NCBI GenBank assembly: GCA_963750895.1
Contig: CAVVSD010000006.1
Location: forward strand, 1,443,525 to 1,507,524
DNA: 64,000 nucleotides
Direction: 5' to 3'
Origin: an uncultured Solirubrobacterales bacterium
GTDB taxonomy: Bacteria; Actinomycetota; Thermoleophilia; Solirubrobacterales; Solirubrobacteraceae
Part shown: piece by piece, positions 19,008-28,333 of the stretch
Layout: the number at the start of each line of letters is the position of its first letter
Numbering within the stretch: position 1 is the first letter of the stretch
The notes under the pieces: generated by a model
Databases searched by the model: none
The model's input: the letters and a program-made list of their open reading frames with translations, nothing else
What the model was told of the DNA's origin: nothing
Position numbers and translations under genes: made by a program

Positions 19008-19979
19008 ATGCGCGCCCCCATCACGCTCGGCCTGCACCTGCCGAAGTTCAACTACCCCGGCGTGGAGCCGGATGGGCTCTTCGACACGATCACGGACATC
19101 GCGAGGACCGCGGAGAGCTCGGGCTTCAGCACGATCACCGTCATGGACCACTTCCACCAGATCCCGCCGGTGGGAGACCGCACGCTGAACATGTTCGACG
19201 GGAACACGATGCTCGCGGCGATCGCGGCGCGCACCGAGAGGGTCAGCCTCGGGCTGCTCGTCGGCGGCGTGATGTACCGCAACCCCGCGCTCCTCGCGAA
19301 GATCACGACCGGCATCGACGTGATCTCGGGCGGCCGGGCCTTCCTCGGCGTCGGCGCGGCCTGGTTCGAGGAGGAGCACCTCGCCTACGGGTTCGACTTC
19401 CCCTCGCTCGGCTCGCGCTTCGAGCACCTCGAGGACGCCCTGAACATCGCGCGGGCGATGTTCGCGAGCCCCGAGTCCTCCTACGAGGGCAAGCACCACA
19501 GCATCAAGGACGCGCTGAACATCCCGCAGCCCCTGCGCGGCGACATCCCGATCGTCGTCGGCGGCAGCGGCGAGCGCAAGACGCTGCGCCTCGTCGCCAA
19601 GTACGCCGACGGCTGCAACGTCATGGGTGACGTCGACAAGATCCGCCATCTCATGGGCGTGCTCGAGGGCCACTGCGAGGACGTCGGTCGCGACCCGTCG
19701 GAGATCACCCGCACGCGGCTGGCCTCGCTGTACCTCGGCTCCAGCCACGAGGACGCGATGCGCCGGGTCGAGGAGGGCAAGGCGGACGGCTCGCTGCCCG
19801 AGCGCCGCATCCCGATGGTGATCGCGGGCGGCCCCGACGAGATCGCCGAGCAGCTCGGCGCGTTCGTGGAGGCCGGCATCGAGGGCTTCACGATCTCGCT
19901 GCCCGACGCGTCGGATCTCGAGATGGTCGAGCTGGCCGGCAAGACCATCGCGCCCCTCGTGGGGTCGCCGGTCGGCTGA
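19008..19979 (+). CDS. LLM-class (luciferase-like) F420/flavin-dependent oxidoreductase
   Basis: [18 protein letters not shown]...[12 protein letters not shown]...[42 protein letters not shown]. Confidence 0.8.
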   Translation: MRAPITLGLHLPKFNYPGVEPDGLFDTITDIARTAESSGFSTITVMDHFHQIPPVGDRTLNMFDGNTMLAAIAARTERVSLGLLVGGVMYRNPALLAKITTGIDVISGGRAFLGVGAAWFEEEHLAYGFDFPSLGSRFEHLEDALNIARAMFASPESSYEGKHHSIKDALNIPQPLRGDIPIVVGGSGERKTLRLVAKYADGCNVMGDVDKIRHLMGVLEGHCEDVGRDPSEITRTRLASLYLGSSHEDAMRRVEEGKADGSLPERRIPMVIAGGPDEIAEQLGAFVEAGIEGFTISLPDASDLEMVELAGKTIAPLVGSPVG

Positions 19980-20107
19980 ACGCCGGGTTGCACCGGCGCA
20001 CGCCGGCGCGCGACCGCCCACACTGCACGGGGACGAGGACCCGCGTGGATCAGGACGTCAAGGAGATCGAGGCTCCACCCGCAGCCGCCCCCGCCGCGGG
20101 GAGGTCG

Positions 20108-21710
20108 ATGAACGGGGACGGCGCGACGCCGCCTGCCGTCGCCGCGCCCGGGACGAAGCTGCCGATCATGAGCCGGCTGCGGCTCGGCCAGTGGGTCTCG
20201 ATCATCGTGGTCCTGCTCGGGGTCGTGCTCGTGGCCGGCGTGATCGTCGGCGCGTCGGCGCTGTCGCGCCAGATCGACTCCCGCAACGAGATCATCGAGC
20301 AGCTCGACCCTGCGCGGACGGCGTCCCTGCAGCTCGGCTCGGCGATCGTGGCCCAGCAGAACGGCCTTCGCGGCTTCGCCCTCAACGGCCTGGACTCGAG
20401 CCTCGACGCCTACACGCAGGCACGCGCGGACGCCGCGGACGTCACCCGGCGACTCACGGGCCTCGCCGAAGGAGAGCCCGGGCTCATAGCCAAGGTGACC
20501 GCGATCGGAACGCGCCATGGAGAGCTGGCGGACGGAGTTCGCGGAGCCGGGGATCGAGCGCATCCGCCGCGAGGGCCCGTCGCCGACCCCAGGGGACCGC
20601 GCGACGCGGTCGGCCGCCAGCTTCGCGCGCGTGACCGGCGCACTCGGCGCGCTGAATGCCGACATCGCGGCGCGACGCGCCGACGCGAAGTCCCGGCTCG
20701 ACGCCGCGACCCGGTCGACGACCGTGTCGTTCTTCGTCATCGCCGGCGCGCTCGCACTGGCGCTCGTCGCCGTCGCGCTCGCCATGAACCGAGCGATCAC
20801 CCGCCCGCTCGGGCGCCTCGCCGCCGACGCGCGGATCGTCTCCCGTGGCGACCTGGCGCACCGGCTCGCGGCCGACGGACCGGCCGACGTCGTCGGGCTG
20901 GCCGAGGACGTCGACTCGATGCGTCAGCGCATCCTGACCGACCTCTCGGAGGTCCGCGCCAGCCGCATGCAGCTCGAGGAGCAGGCGCAGGAGCTCGAGC
21001 TCAAGGCGCGCGACCTGGAGCGCTCCAACGCGGAGCTCGAGCAGTTCGCCTACGTCGCCTCCCACGACCTCCAGGAGCCCCTGCGCAAGGTCGCCAGCTT
21101 CTGCCAGCTCCTCCAACGCCGCTACGAGGGCCAGCTCGACGAACGCGCCGACCAGTACATCGGCTTCGCGGTCGACGGCGCCAAGCGCATGCAGAGCCTC
21201 ATCTCCGACCTCCTCGCGTTCTCACGCGTCGGGCGCGCCGACGCGCCGCTCGTGGAGGTCGCGCTCGACGACATCGCACAGACCGCGCAGGACAACCTCA
21301 CGTCGCGCGTCGAGCGCACCGGCGCGCGGATCGACGTCGGCCCGCTGCCGGTCGTCGACGGCGATCCCGTGCTCCTCGTCGCCGTCTTCCAGAACCTCAT
21401 CGGCAACGCGCTGAAGTTCCACGGTGATGACCCGCCGGTCGTGCACGTCAGCGCAGAGCGCGATGACGGGATGTGGACGATCACCTGCCGCGACGAGGGG
21501 ATCGGCATCGACCCCGAATACGCGGAGCGGATCTTCGCCATCTTCCAGCGCCTGCACCCCAAGGAGTCCTACGAGGGCACCGGGATCGGACTGGCGTTGT
21601 GTCGCAAGATCGTGGAGCATCACGGCGGTCGGATCTGGCTGGACACCGACATGCCGACCGGAGCGACGTTCCGGTTCACCCTGCCCGTACGACCAGAGAG
21701 GAGCGCGTGA
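20108..21710 (+). pseudogene. CHASE3-HAMP-HisKA-HATPase sensor histidine kinase with one frame change
   Basis: TM plus CHASE3-like region (AIVAQQNGLRGFALNGLDSSLDAYTQA) is in the frame of ORF 19988..21427. From MESWRTEFAEP... (20517) onward there are a second TM, HAMP, FAYVASHDLQEPLRKV and a GTGIGLALCRKIVEHHGG HATPase. One extra C appears at about 20515. An alternative start is at 20168. Confidence 0.75.
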
Positions 21711-22169
21711 ATGGAAGGCTTCGGCCCGCGACAACTCGCGGAACCGCGCAGCGTGCTTCTCGTCGAGGACGACCCGGGCGACGCGCTGATGGTCCGCGAG
21801 GCGCTCGAGACCTACGCGCCCGAGACGGACATCGCCGCCGTGGTGGACGGCGTCGATGCCCTCCGCTATCTACGCCAGGAGGACGAGTTCGCCGACACCT
21901 CGCGGCCCGATCTCGTGCTGCTCGACCTCAACATGCCGCGCAAGGACGGCCGCGAGGTGCTCGCCGAGATCAAGGCCGACCGCGATCTCTGCACGATCCC
22001 GGTGGTCGTGCTCACGACGTCGAGCGCGGCGCAGGACATCCGCCACAGCTACGAGCTGCACGCCAACGCATACGTGACGAAGCCGTCGGACTTCGACGAG
22101 TTCACGACCGTCGTGCGCTGCATCGAGCGCTTCTTCGGGCGCGTCGTGCAGCTGCCGCGGACCGCCTGA
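21711..22169 (+). CDS. Single-domain response regulator (REC only)
   Basis: VLLVEDDPGDA...PDLVLLDLNMPRKDGREVL...PVVVLTTS...ANAYVTKP. The ATG directly follows the kinase TGA. Confidence 0.85.
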   Translation: MEGFGPRQLAEPRSVLLVEDDPGDALMVREALETYAPETDIAAVVDGVDALRYLRQEDEFADTSRPDLVLLDLNMPRKDGREVLAEIKADRDLCTIPVVVLTTSSAAQDIRHSYELHANAYVTKPSDFDEFTTVVRCIERFFGRVVQLPRTA

Positions 22170-22173
22170 GCGG

Positions 22174-22731
22174 TCAGCCGCGGCCGAAGCGGCCGGTGAG
22201 GACCCCACGCGCGAGCGCGTGGTCGCCGATGGCGGTGCGCACCTCGTCGGGCGACGCGTCGTCGGCCAGGCCGAGCGGAGCGTCGAGCGCGTAGACCGCG
22301 AAGAGGTAGTCGTGGACCCCGTCGCCCTCCGGCGGGCACGGGCCCATCCAGTCGTCGTCACCGGCGCTGTTGGGCAGCTCGGTGCCGCCCTCGGGCTCCT
22401 CGTCCTCGGCCGCGCCGGTGACGGTCGGCGGGATCCCCACGACGGTCCAGTGCACGTAGTGCCCGGCCTTCGGGTCGTCGACGACGAGCGCGAGCTCCTT
22501 CGCGCCGCTCGGCACGCCCGACCACGACAGCTCGGGCGAGTCGTCGTCGCCGTCGCACGTGTAGCGCGTCGGGATCGTCGCCCCCTCGGCGAACGCGGTG
22601 CTGCGCACGGTCATCTCGGCGGGCGCCTCGGGGAGCGGCTTCGTCGCGTTCTCCCCTCCGCCGCCACCACCGCACGCGACGCTCGCGAACGCGACGAGCA
22701 CCAGCGCGAGCACGCACAGGAGCAGCGGCAT
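22174..22731 (-). CDS. YbhB/YbcL (PEBP/Raf-kinase-inhibitor-like) family lipoprotein
   Basis: Lipobox VAFASVAC-G; PEBP core DDSPELSWSGVP...LALVVDDPKAGHYVHW...HDYLFAVYALD. Confidence 0.8.
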   Translation of the reverse strand: MPLLLCVLALVLVAFASVACGGGGGGENATKPLPEAPAEMTVRSTAFAEGATIPTRYTCDGDDDSPELSWSGVPSGAKELALVVDDPKAGHYVHWTVVGIPPTVTGAAEDEEPEGGTELPNSAGDDDWMGPCPPEGDGVHDYLFAVYALDAPLGLADDASPDEVRTAIGDHALARGVLTGRFGRG

Positions 22732-22732
22732 C

Positions 22733-25700
22733 TCAGGCGGCGGCGGTCGGTGCGGCTGCCGCGGGCGCGTGCACGACCGCGGGGCCGAGGATCTGCTCCA
22801 GCTCGGCGCGCAGCGTCGGCGTCGGCGCGACCTTGAACGCGTTGCCGAGCCGCAGGGTCCGTGGATCGCCGGCGGACAGCAGGAGCTCCAGCACCACCTC
22901 CGACTCGCCCGGGAAGGAGCCGAGGAGGTCCTTCAGGTCGTCGATCGCGGAGGCGGGCAGGCGCGCGGCGTCCAGGCGGAGCTTGAGCGGCGGCGGGCCG
23001 AGGCGCCGCGTGCTCGCCTCGAGCTTGGCCTTCTCGATCTCCGCCTCGGACGGCTCGAAGCGCTCGACGGTCTGCGCCACGAGCGACGTCTTCGTCGCCT
23101 CCTTGTGGTCCACCCTGCCGCGCACGAGCACGACCGAGTCGACGCCCAGCGCGCCCTCGTACTCCCCGAGCGCCTTGCCGAAGACGATGACCTCGACCGA
23201 CCCCTCGAGGTCGTCGAGCGTCGCGAACATCATGTGGTCGCCGTTGCGCGTGCGGATCTTCTTGGCCTGCGTGATGATGCCGCCGGCGGTGACCCAGTCG
23301 CCGTCCTTGCGCTCGGCGAGCTCGGCGAGGCCGCAGTCCACCCGGACGCGCAGCGCCTCGCGGACCTGCTTGAGCGGGTGCGCGGAGATGAACAGGCCGA
23401 TCGACTCCTTCTCGATCGCCAGCATCTCGGGCTGGTCGAACTCCTCCGACGGGATCGGCGGGTGCTGGGGCGCGGCGAACGCCGCCATCGCGCCGCTCTC
23501 GGCGGCGGTGTCGTCGAAGAGACCGTCGAAGATCGAGCCCTGCCCGATCTGGGCGTCCTGCTGGCTCTTCTGCCCCGCGGCCTGCGCCTGCTCCAGCACG
23601 GAGAGCATGCCCTTGCGCGACGCGCCGGTGGAGCCGAACGCCCCGCACTTCACCAGGGCCTCGATGGCCTTCTTGTTCACCGCCCGTGCATCGACCCGCG
23701 CGCAGAACTCCCAGAGCGACTCGAAGTTCCCACCCTCGGCGCGGGCGGCCTTGATCGCCTCCACGGCCGCGTAGCCCACGCCCTTCACGGCGTCGAGCCC
23801 GAAGCGGATGTTGCCCTCGTCGACGACGAACTCGTGGTCGGAGAGGTTGACGTCGGGCGGCAGGATCTCGATGCCCATCGACTCCGCCTGGTTGGCGAAG
23901 AAGGGCACCTTGTCCTTCGTGTCCATGACGCTGGAGATCAGCGCCGCCATGTACTCGGCGGGGTAGTTCGCCTTCAGCCAGGCCGTGCGGTACGCGATGA
24001 GCGCGTAGCAGGCGGCGTGCGAGCGGTTGAACGAGTAGTCGGCCGACTTCTCGTTCGTCGTCCAGAGCCAGTCGATGACGGCGTCGCTCGTGCCGGACGC
24101 GCGGCAGCCCTCGCGGAACTCCGGCTCCAGCTGCGCCATCGCCGCGCGGTTCTTCTTGCCGATCGCCTTGCGCAGATCGTCGGCGCGCGCACCCGAGAAG
24201 CCCCCGATCTCCTTGGAGATCTGCATGGCCTGCTCCTGGTACAGGATCACGCCGTACGTCGGGCCGATGATCGGCTCCAGCCGCGGGTCGGGGAAGCTCA
24301 CTGCGTCCGGGTTGCGCTTGCCCCGCGCGTACGTGGGGATCTGGTCCATGGCGCCGGGGCGGTACAGGGCGTTGAGCGCGACGAGGTCGTCGAACTCCGT
24401 CGGGCGCACCTTGCGCAGCGCCTCCTGCATGCCCTCGGACTCGAACTGGAACACGCCCACCGAGTCCCCCCGCGCGAGCATCTCGTACGGACCCGGGTCG
24501 TCGAGCGGCAGGGTCGTCATGTCGGGCCGCTCGCCGGTGGAGCGGGCGATGATGTCGAGGGCGTCCTCGATGACGTCGAGGTTGCGCAGGCCCAGGAAGT
24601 CCATCTTGAGGAGGCCGAGCTCCTCGACGGGCTTCATGGAGTACTGCGTCACGGTCCGGTAGACGCGCTGCCCGTCCTCCCCCGTGCCGGCGTCGGCCAG
24701 CTGCAGCGGGACGATGTCGGTCAGCGGACGGTCGGCGATGACGACCGCCGCGGCGTGGATCGACGAGTTGCGCACGATCCCCTCGAGACCCTTCGCGACG
24801 TCGATGATCTGCTTCGCCGTCGGGTCGGAGTCGTAGGCGCCCCTGAGCGGCTCGCCGTCGCGCAGGCAGTCCTCGAAGCTCGGCGGCCGGCCCATGATCG
24901 GGTCGGGGATGAGCTTGGCCAGACGATCGCCCGCGCCGTAGTCGTGCCCGAGCACGCGGGCGGCGTCACGCGTCGCCGCGCGCGGGAACATCTTGCCGAA
25001 GGTGACGATCTGCGCGACCGACTCGCGCCCGTACTTCTGCGTCACGTAGCGCATGACGCGCTCGCGCCCGCGGACGGAGAAGTCGATGTCGATATCAGGC
25101 ATCGACACGCGCTCGGGGTTGAGGAACCGCTCGAACAGGAGCCCGTAGCGAAGGGGATCGACGTCCGTGATCTGCAGGCAGTACGCGACGAGGCTGCCGG
25201 CCGCGCTGCCTCGGCCGGGGCCGACGGCGATGCCGTTGTCCTTCGCGTACTTCACGAAGTCCCACACGATGAGGAAGTACGCGTCGAAGCCCATCCGGTT
25301 GACGACCTCGAGCTCCATCTCCATGCGCTCGATCGCCTCGGCCGGCGGCGGATCGCCGTAGCGCTGCCGCATGCCCTCCATCACCCGCTCGCGCAGATAG
25401 GCCTTCTCGTCCTCCCCCTCGGGGAGGTAGCGCGGGATGAGCTGGCGGCCGAGCTCGATCTCCGTGCTGCAGCGCTCGGCGATCTCGAGCGTCGAGGCGA
25501 GCGCCTCGGGCCACTCGGCGAACGACTGCGACATCTCCTCCGTGGACTTCAGGAAGAACTCGTTCGTCTCGAAGGTCATCTTCGGCGCCTGCAGCGTCGA
25601 CTTCGTCTGCACGCACAGCAGCGCCGTGTGGTGGTGGTAGTCCTCGCGCCCGAGGTAGTGGACGTCGGCCGTGCCGACGAGCGGGCGGCCGAGCTCGCGC

Positions 25701-26302
25701 GCGATCTGCACGATCCCCTCGTTCGCCTGGTCCTGCAGCGCGAGACCGTTCTTCTGCACCTCGAAGAACACGTTGTCGGACCCGAAGATGCCGAGCAGGT
25801 CCTGCGCGTGGGCGCGCGCATCGTCCATCCGACCGTCGGTGATCCGCTGGCAGAAGCGGCTGGCGAGGCAGCCGGTGAGGGCGATGATGCCCTTGCCGTG
25901 GCGCTCGAGCAGCCCGAGGTCGACGGTGGGCTTCCCGCGCTGGAGACCCTCGAGGAAGCCCGAGGACGACAGCCGCACGAGGTTGCGATAGCCCTCGTCG
26001 CTCTCCGCGAGGAGCGTGAGGTGATTGCGCTCCGTGCGGCCCGCGGACGGGTCGGCCTTGTGATCGTCGACGAGGTAGACCTCGCAGCCGACGATCGGCT
26101 TGATGCCGTGCTTCTTGGCGGCCTTGTAGAGCTCGACGGCGCCGTTCATGACGCCGTGATCGGTGAGCCCGAGCGCGGGCTGGCCGAAGGCTGCTGCGCG
26201 CGCGGCGAGATCGTCGATCTTGCATGCGCCGTCCAGCAGCGAGTACTCGGAGTGGACGTGGAGGTGGGCGACAGAGGGGCTGCTCACGACCGGACGGAGC
26301 AT
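22733..26302 (-). CDS. dnaE: DNA polymerase III alpha subunit (DnaE1 type)
   Basis: PHP start HLHVHSEYSLLDGA, full-length core of about 1190 aa and an OB-fold tail. The ORF track extends to a TTG at 26362. Confidence 0.9.
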   Translation of the reverse strand: MLRPVVSSPSVAHLHVHSEYSLLDGACKIDDLAARAAAFGQPALGLTDHGVMNGAVELYKAAKKHGIKPIVGCEVYLVDDHKADPSAGRTERNHLTLLAESDEGYRNLVRLSSSGFLEGLQRGKPTVDLGLLERHGKGIIALTGCLASRFCQRITDGRMDDARAHAQDLLGIFGSDNVFFEVQKNGLALQDQANEGIVQIARELGRPLVGTADVHYLGREDYHHHTALLCVQTKSTLQAPKMTFETNEFFLKSTEEMSQSFAEWPEALASTLEIAERCSTEIELGRQLIPRYLPEGEDEKAYLRERVMEGMRQRYGDPPPAEAIERMEMELEVVNRMGFDAYFLIVWDFVKYAKDNGIAVGPGRGSAAGSLVAYCLQITDVDPLRYGLLFERFLNPERVSMPDIDIDFSVRGRERVMRYVTQKYGRESVAQIVTFGKMFPRAATRDAARVLGHDYGAGDRLAKLIPDPIMGRPPSFEDCLRDGEPLRGAYDSDPTAKQIIDVAKGLEGIVRNSSIHAAAVVIADRPLTDIVPLQLADAGTGEDGQRVYRTVTQYSMKPVEELGLLKMDFLGLRNLDVIEDALDIIARSTGERPDMTTLPLDDPGPYEMLARGDSVGVFQFESEGMQEALRKVRPTEFDDLVALNALYRPGAMDQIPTYARGKRNPDAVSFPDPRLEPIIGPTYGVILYQEQAMQISKEIGGFSGARADDLRKAIGKKNRAAMAQLEPEFREGCRASGTSDAVIDWLWTTNEKSADYSFNRSHAACYALIAYRTAWLKANYPAEYMAALISSVMDTKDKVPFFANQAESMGIEILPPDVNLSDHEFVVDEGNIRFGLDAVKGVGYAAVEAIKAARAEGGNFESLWEFCARVDARAVNKKAIEALVKCGAFGSTGASRKGMLSVLEQAQAAGQKSQQDAQIGQGSIFDGLFDDTAAESGAMAAFAAPQHPPIPSEEFDQPEMLAIEKESIGLFISAHPLKQVREALRVRVDCGLAELAERKDGDWVTAGGIITQAKKIRTRNGDHMMFATLDDLEGSVEVIVFGKALGEYEGALGVDSVVLVRGRVDHKEATKTSLVAQTVERFEPSEAEIEKAKLEASTRRLGPPPLKLRLDAARLPASAIDDLKDLLGSFPGESEVVLELLLSAGDPRTLRLGNAFKVAPTPTLRAELEQILGPAVVHAPAAAAPTAAA

Positions 26303-26377
26303 AGGTGGGGACCCGGACGCCAAGGGGCGGGCGGGCGGGTTGCAGACCCGCCCCGCCCGCAATCTGCGAAGGACTTC

Positions 26378-28267
26378 CTAACCGCGGGGCGCGAGGCCCT
26401 GCACGCGGTCGAACCAGCCGAGCAGCGAGGTCGCCGCGGCCAGGTCGCCGATCGCGGTCGCCGGCTCCTCGTCGGCAGGCGGCTCGGCCTGCGCGAGCAG
26501 CGGCAGCGCGCCGCGGGAGGTGAGCGTCAGGACGGCGTCCGCGCCACCGACGGCGCCCTCGGCGACGACCGGCTCGCGTGTCGTCGTCGCCGCGACGACG
26601 GCGGACCGCCTGCCGTGCTCGTCGACGCGCAGGACGCGCAGGGGCGCACCGTTCTGCACCACGACGCGGCAGGTCTCGGACCCGGCCACGTGCACGGTCA
26701 CCGCGAACGTGTGGCCGAGGGTCCACTCGCCCGGGACCGCGCTCGCGAGGGCGCGGATGACCAGGCCGGGATCCAGGGGCACCCCCGCGGAGACGAGCTC
26801 GGCGAGCGCGAGGCGCCGGCGGCGCTTGCGTGCGAGCCGCGCCAGCGGGAGGAAGAAGCGCCGGGTGCCGGCCACGCGCAGCCCGCTGGGCCACAGCGGC
26901 GCGCCGCCGCCCGCGAGCGTCGCGAACTGCTTCGGGGTCGCCTCGAGCGAGAACTCCGCGTCGGGCGAGGAGCCGTCGCGCATGAGGACGCGGCCGCCGC
27001 CGTCGGCGGACAGCTCGACCCGCAGCGGGCCGAGCCCGTCGAGGTCGAGGTCGTAGACGAGGTCGCGGCGCACCGTGCGCGCCTGGTCGGGCAGCAGCTG
27101 CGTGACGAGGCGGGCCGCGGAGGCGCGGTCGCGCTCGTCGAGCGCCGAGATGGCCCACGAGAGCCACGGCGTCCGCGGGTGCTCGGCGCTGATGACGTAC
27201 GGGATGACCTGCTCCGGCAGGGGCGCCGGCTCGTCGACGCGGTCCCCGGCCGGCGGCTTCGGGACCACCGCTGCCACGAGGTCCTCGCGGTCGCCGCGCA
27301 GCTTCGCGAGCGCCTCGGCGAAGGGATCGACGCCGCCGGGCATCGGCTCGGCGGGCTCCGCAGGCTGCGCGACCTCCTGCTCGCGCAGCGCGCGAGCGGC
27401 CTCCTCGAGCCCCGGCAGATGGCGGACGGCCGCGATGTCCGCGCCCTCGTCGACCGACTCGGGCGCAGGCGCCTCGCCGAGGACCTCGGCGAGCCTGGCC
27501 TCGGCCTGCTCGCGGGCGAGCTCGGCCAGGTCGACGGTGGCCTTCTGCAGCTCGAGCTCCGCCGACAGGCGGTCGCGCTCCGCGGAGACCTCGGCGATCC
27601 GCGCCTCGAGCGCGTCGATGCGCGCGCCGAGCTCCTGCGCGGTGTCCTCGGCTCCGCGTGCGCGGCGCTCCATGACCGCGGCGATCTGCTCGCTGCGCTT
27701 CGCGCGGCGCTCGGCGATGACCGAGCGCTCGACGACCGTCGCGCCGGGCTCCGGCGGGGCCGGCTCCGTGGCGCGCAGGATGGCGGCGGCGATGCTGCCG
27801 CGCCCCGCGGCCGGCTCGTCCTCGCGGTCGAACCGCCCAGAGGGCGGCAGCGGCAGCTCGACGTCCGCGGGCGCAGCGTCGCCCGCCTGGTCGGCGAGCC
27901 GTCGCGCGATGACCGGCGTGGCGTCGAGCGTCAGCGGGAACTCGGCGTGGCCGAGACCGAGCGCGAGCCCCTCCTCGAGGTGGTCGACGAGATCCGCCGG
28001 CACCGCGAACGTCGCGCGGAAGGCCGTCGGGTCGTCCTGCGGCGCGGCGTCGAGCGCGACGAGCGCGTGGCGGCGCGCGCCGTCATCGATGAAGAGCACG
28101 GGCGGCGGACCGCCGGCGACCCCGCCCCAGACGCCCTCGACGACGACGAGCCCGGAGCCGTCCGGCCCTCCGGTTCGCGACGCGCGGACGTCCTCGACGA
28201 GTGGCATGTCGTCCACCTCGGGATCGAGCACGGACGGAACGCTAGTGGGAGCATCGGACGAGTTCAT
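26378..28267 (-). CDS. Hypothetical coiled-coil protein, paralogue A: N-terminal DDG-x-x-RH domain + Ala/Glu/Arg coiled coil + C-terminal ~280-aa shared module
   Basis: 629-aa intact ORF with coding-like GC3. It aligns along its length with ORF 28334..30136 and, at the C-terminus, with the tail of ORF 30384..33065. No TM segment or signal peptide. Confidence 0.7.
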   Translation of the reverse strand: MNSSDAPTSVPSVLDPEVDDMPLVEDVRASRTGGPDGSGLVVVEGVWGGVAGGPPPVLFIDDGARRHALVALDAAPQDDPTAFRATFAVPADLVDHLEEGLALGLGHAEFPLTLDATPVIARRLADQAGDAAPADVELPLPPSGRFDREDEPAAGRGSIAAAILRATEPAPPEPGATVVERSVIAERRAKRSEQIAAVMERRARGAEDTAQELGARIDALEARIAEVSAERDRLSAELELQKATVDLAELAREQAEARLAEVLGEAPAPESVDEGADIAAVRHLPGLEEAARALREQEVAQPAEPAEPMPGGVDPFAEALAKLRGDREDLVAAVVPKPPAGDRVDEPAPLPEQVIPYVISAEHPRTPWLSWAISALDERDRASAARLVTQLLPDQARTVRRDLVYDLDLDGLGPLRVELSADGGGRVLMRDGSSPDAEFSLEATPKQFATLAGGGAPLWPSGLRVAGTRRFFLPLARLARKRRRRLALAELVSAGVPLDPGLVIRALASAVPGEWTLGHTFAVTVHVAGSETCRVVVQNGAPLRVLRVDEHGRRSAVVAATTTREPVVAEGAVGGADAVLTLTSRGALPLLAQAEPPADEEPATAIGDLAAATSLLGWFDRVQGLAPRG

Positions 28268-28333
28268 CGCGACGCACCGTAACGAGGTGTGTTGTGCTCG
28301 TGGAGGACATTCGTCCAGCCACGAGGGCCCACG

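Noticed and set aside
22598-28282. 1894-aa plus-strand ORF, along with other giant ORFs such as 15488..19051(-), 56810..60331(-), 50588..53938(-) upstream part, 36186..38339(+), 40036..42021(-), 14..1783(+)
   Set aside because: These ORFs run antisense or out of frame to clearly conserved genes (dnaE, gltX/MFS, thrS, pheS and others). Their products are Arg/Ala/Gly/Pro-rich low-complexity sequence. Stop-codon scarcity in ~70% GC DNA explains them.
28268-28333. 7-bp stem hairpin (CTCGTGG...CCACGAG) between the two coiled-coil paralogues as a terminator
   Set aside because: It has a weak stem, a 15-nt loop and no U-tract, and it lies between co-directional genes that look co-transcribed. It is most likely incidental.
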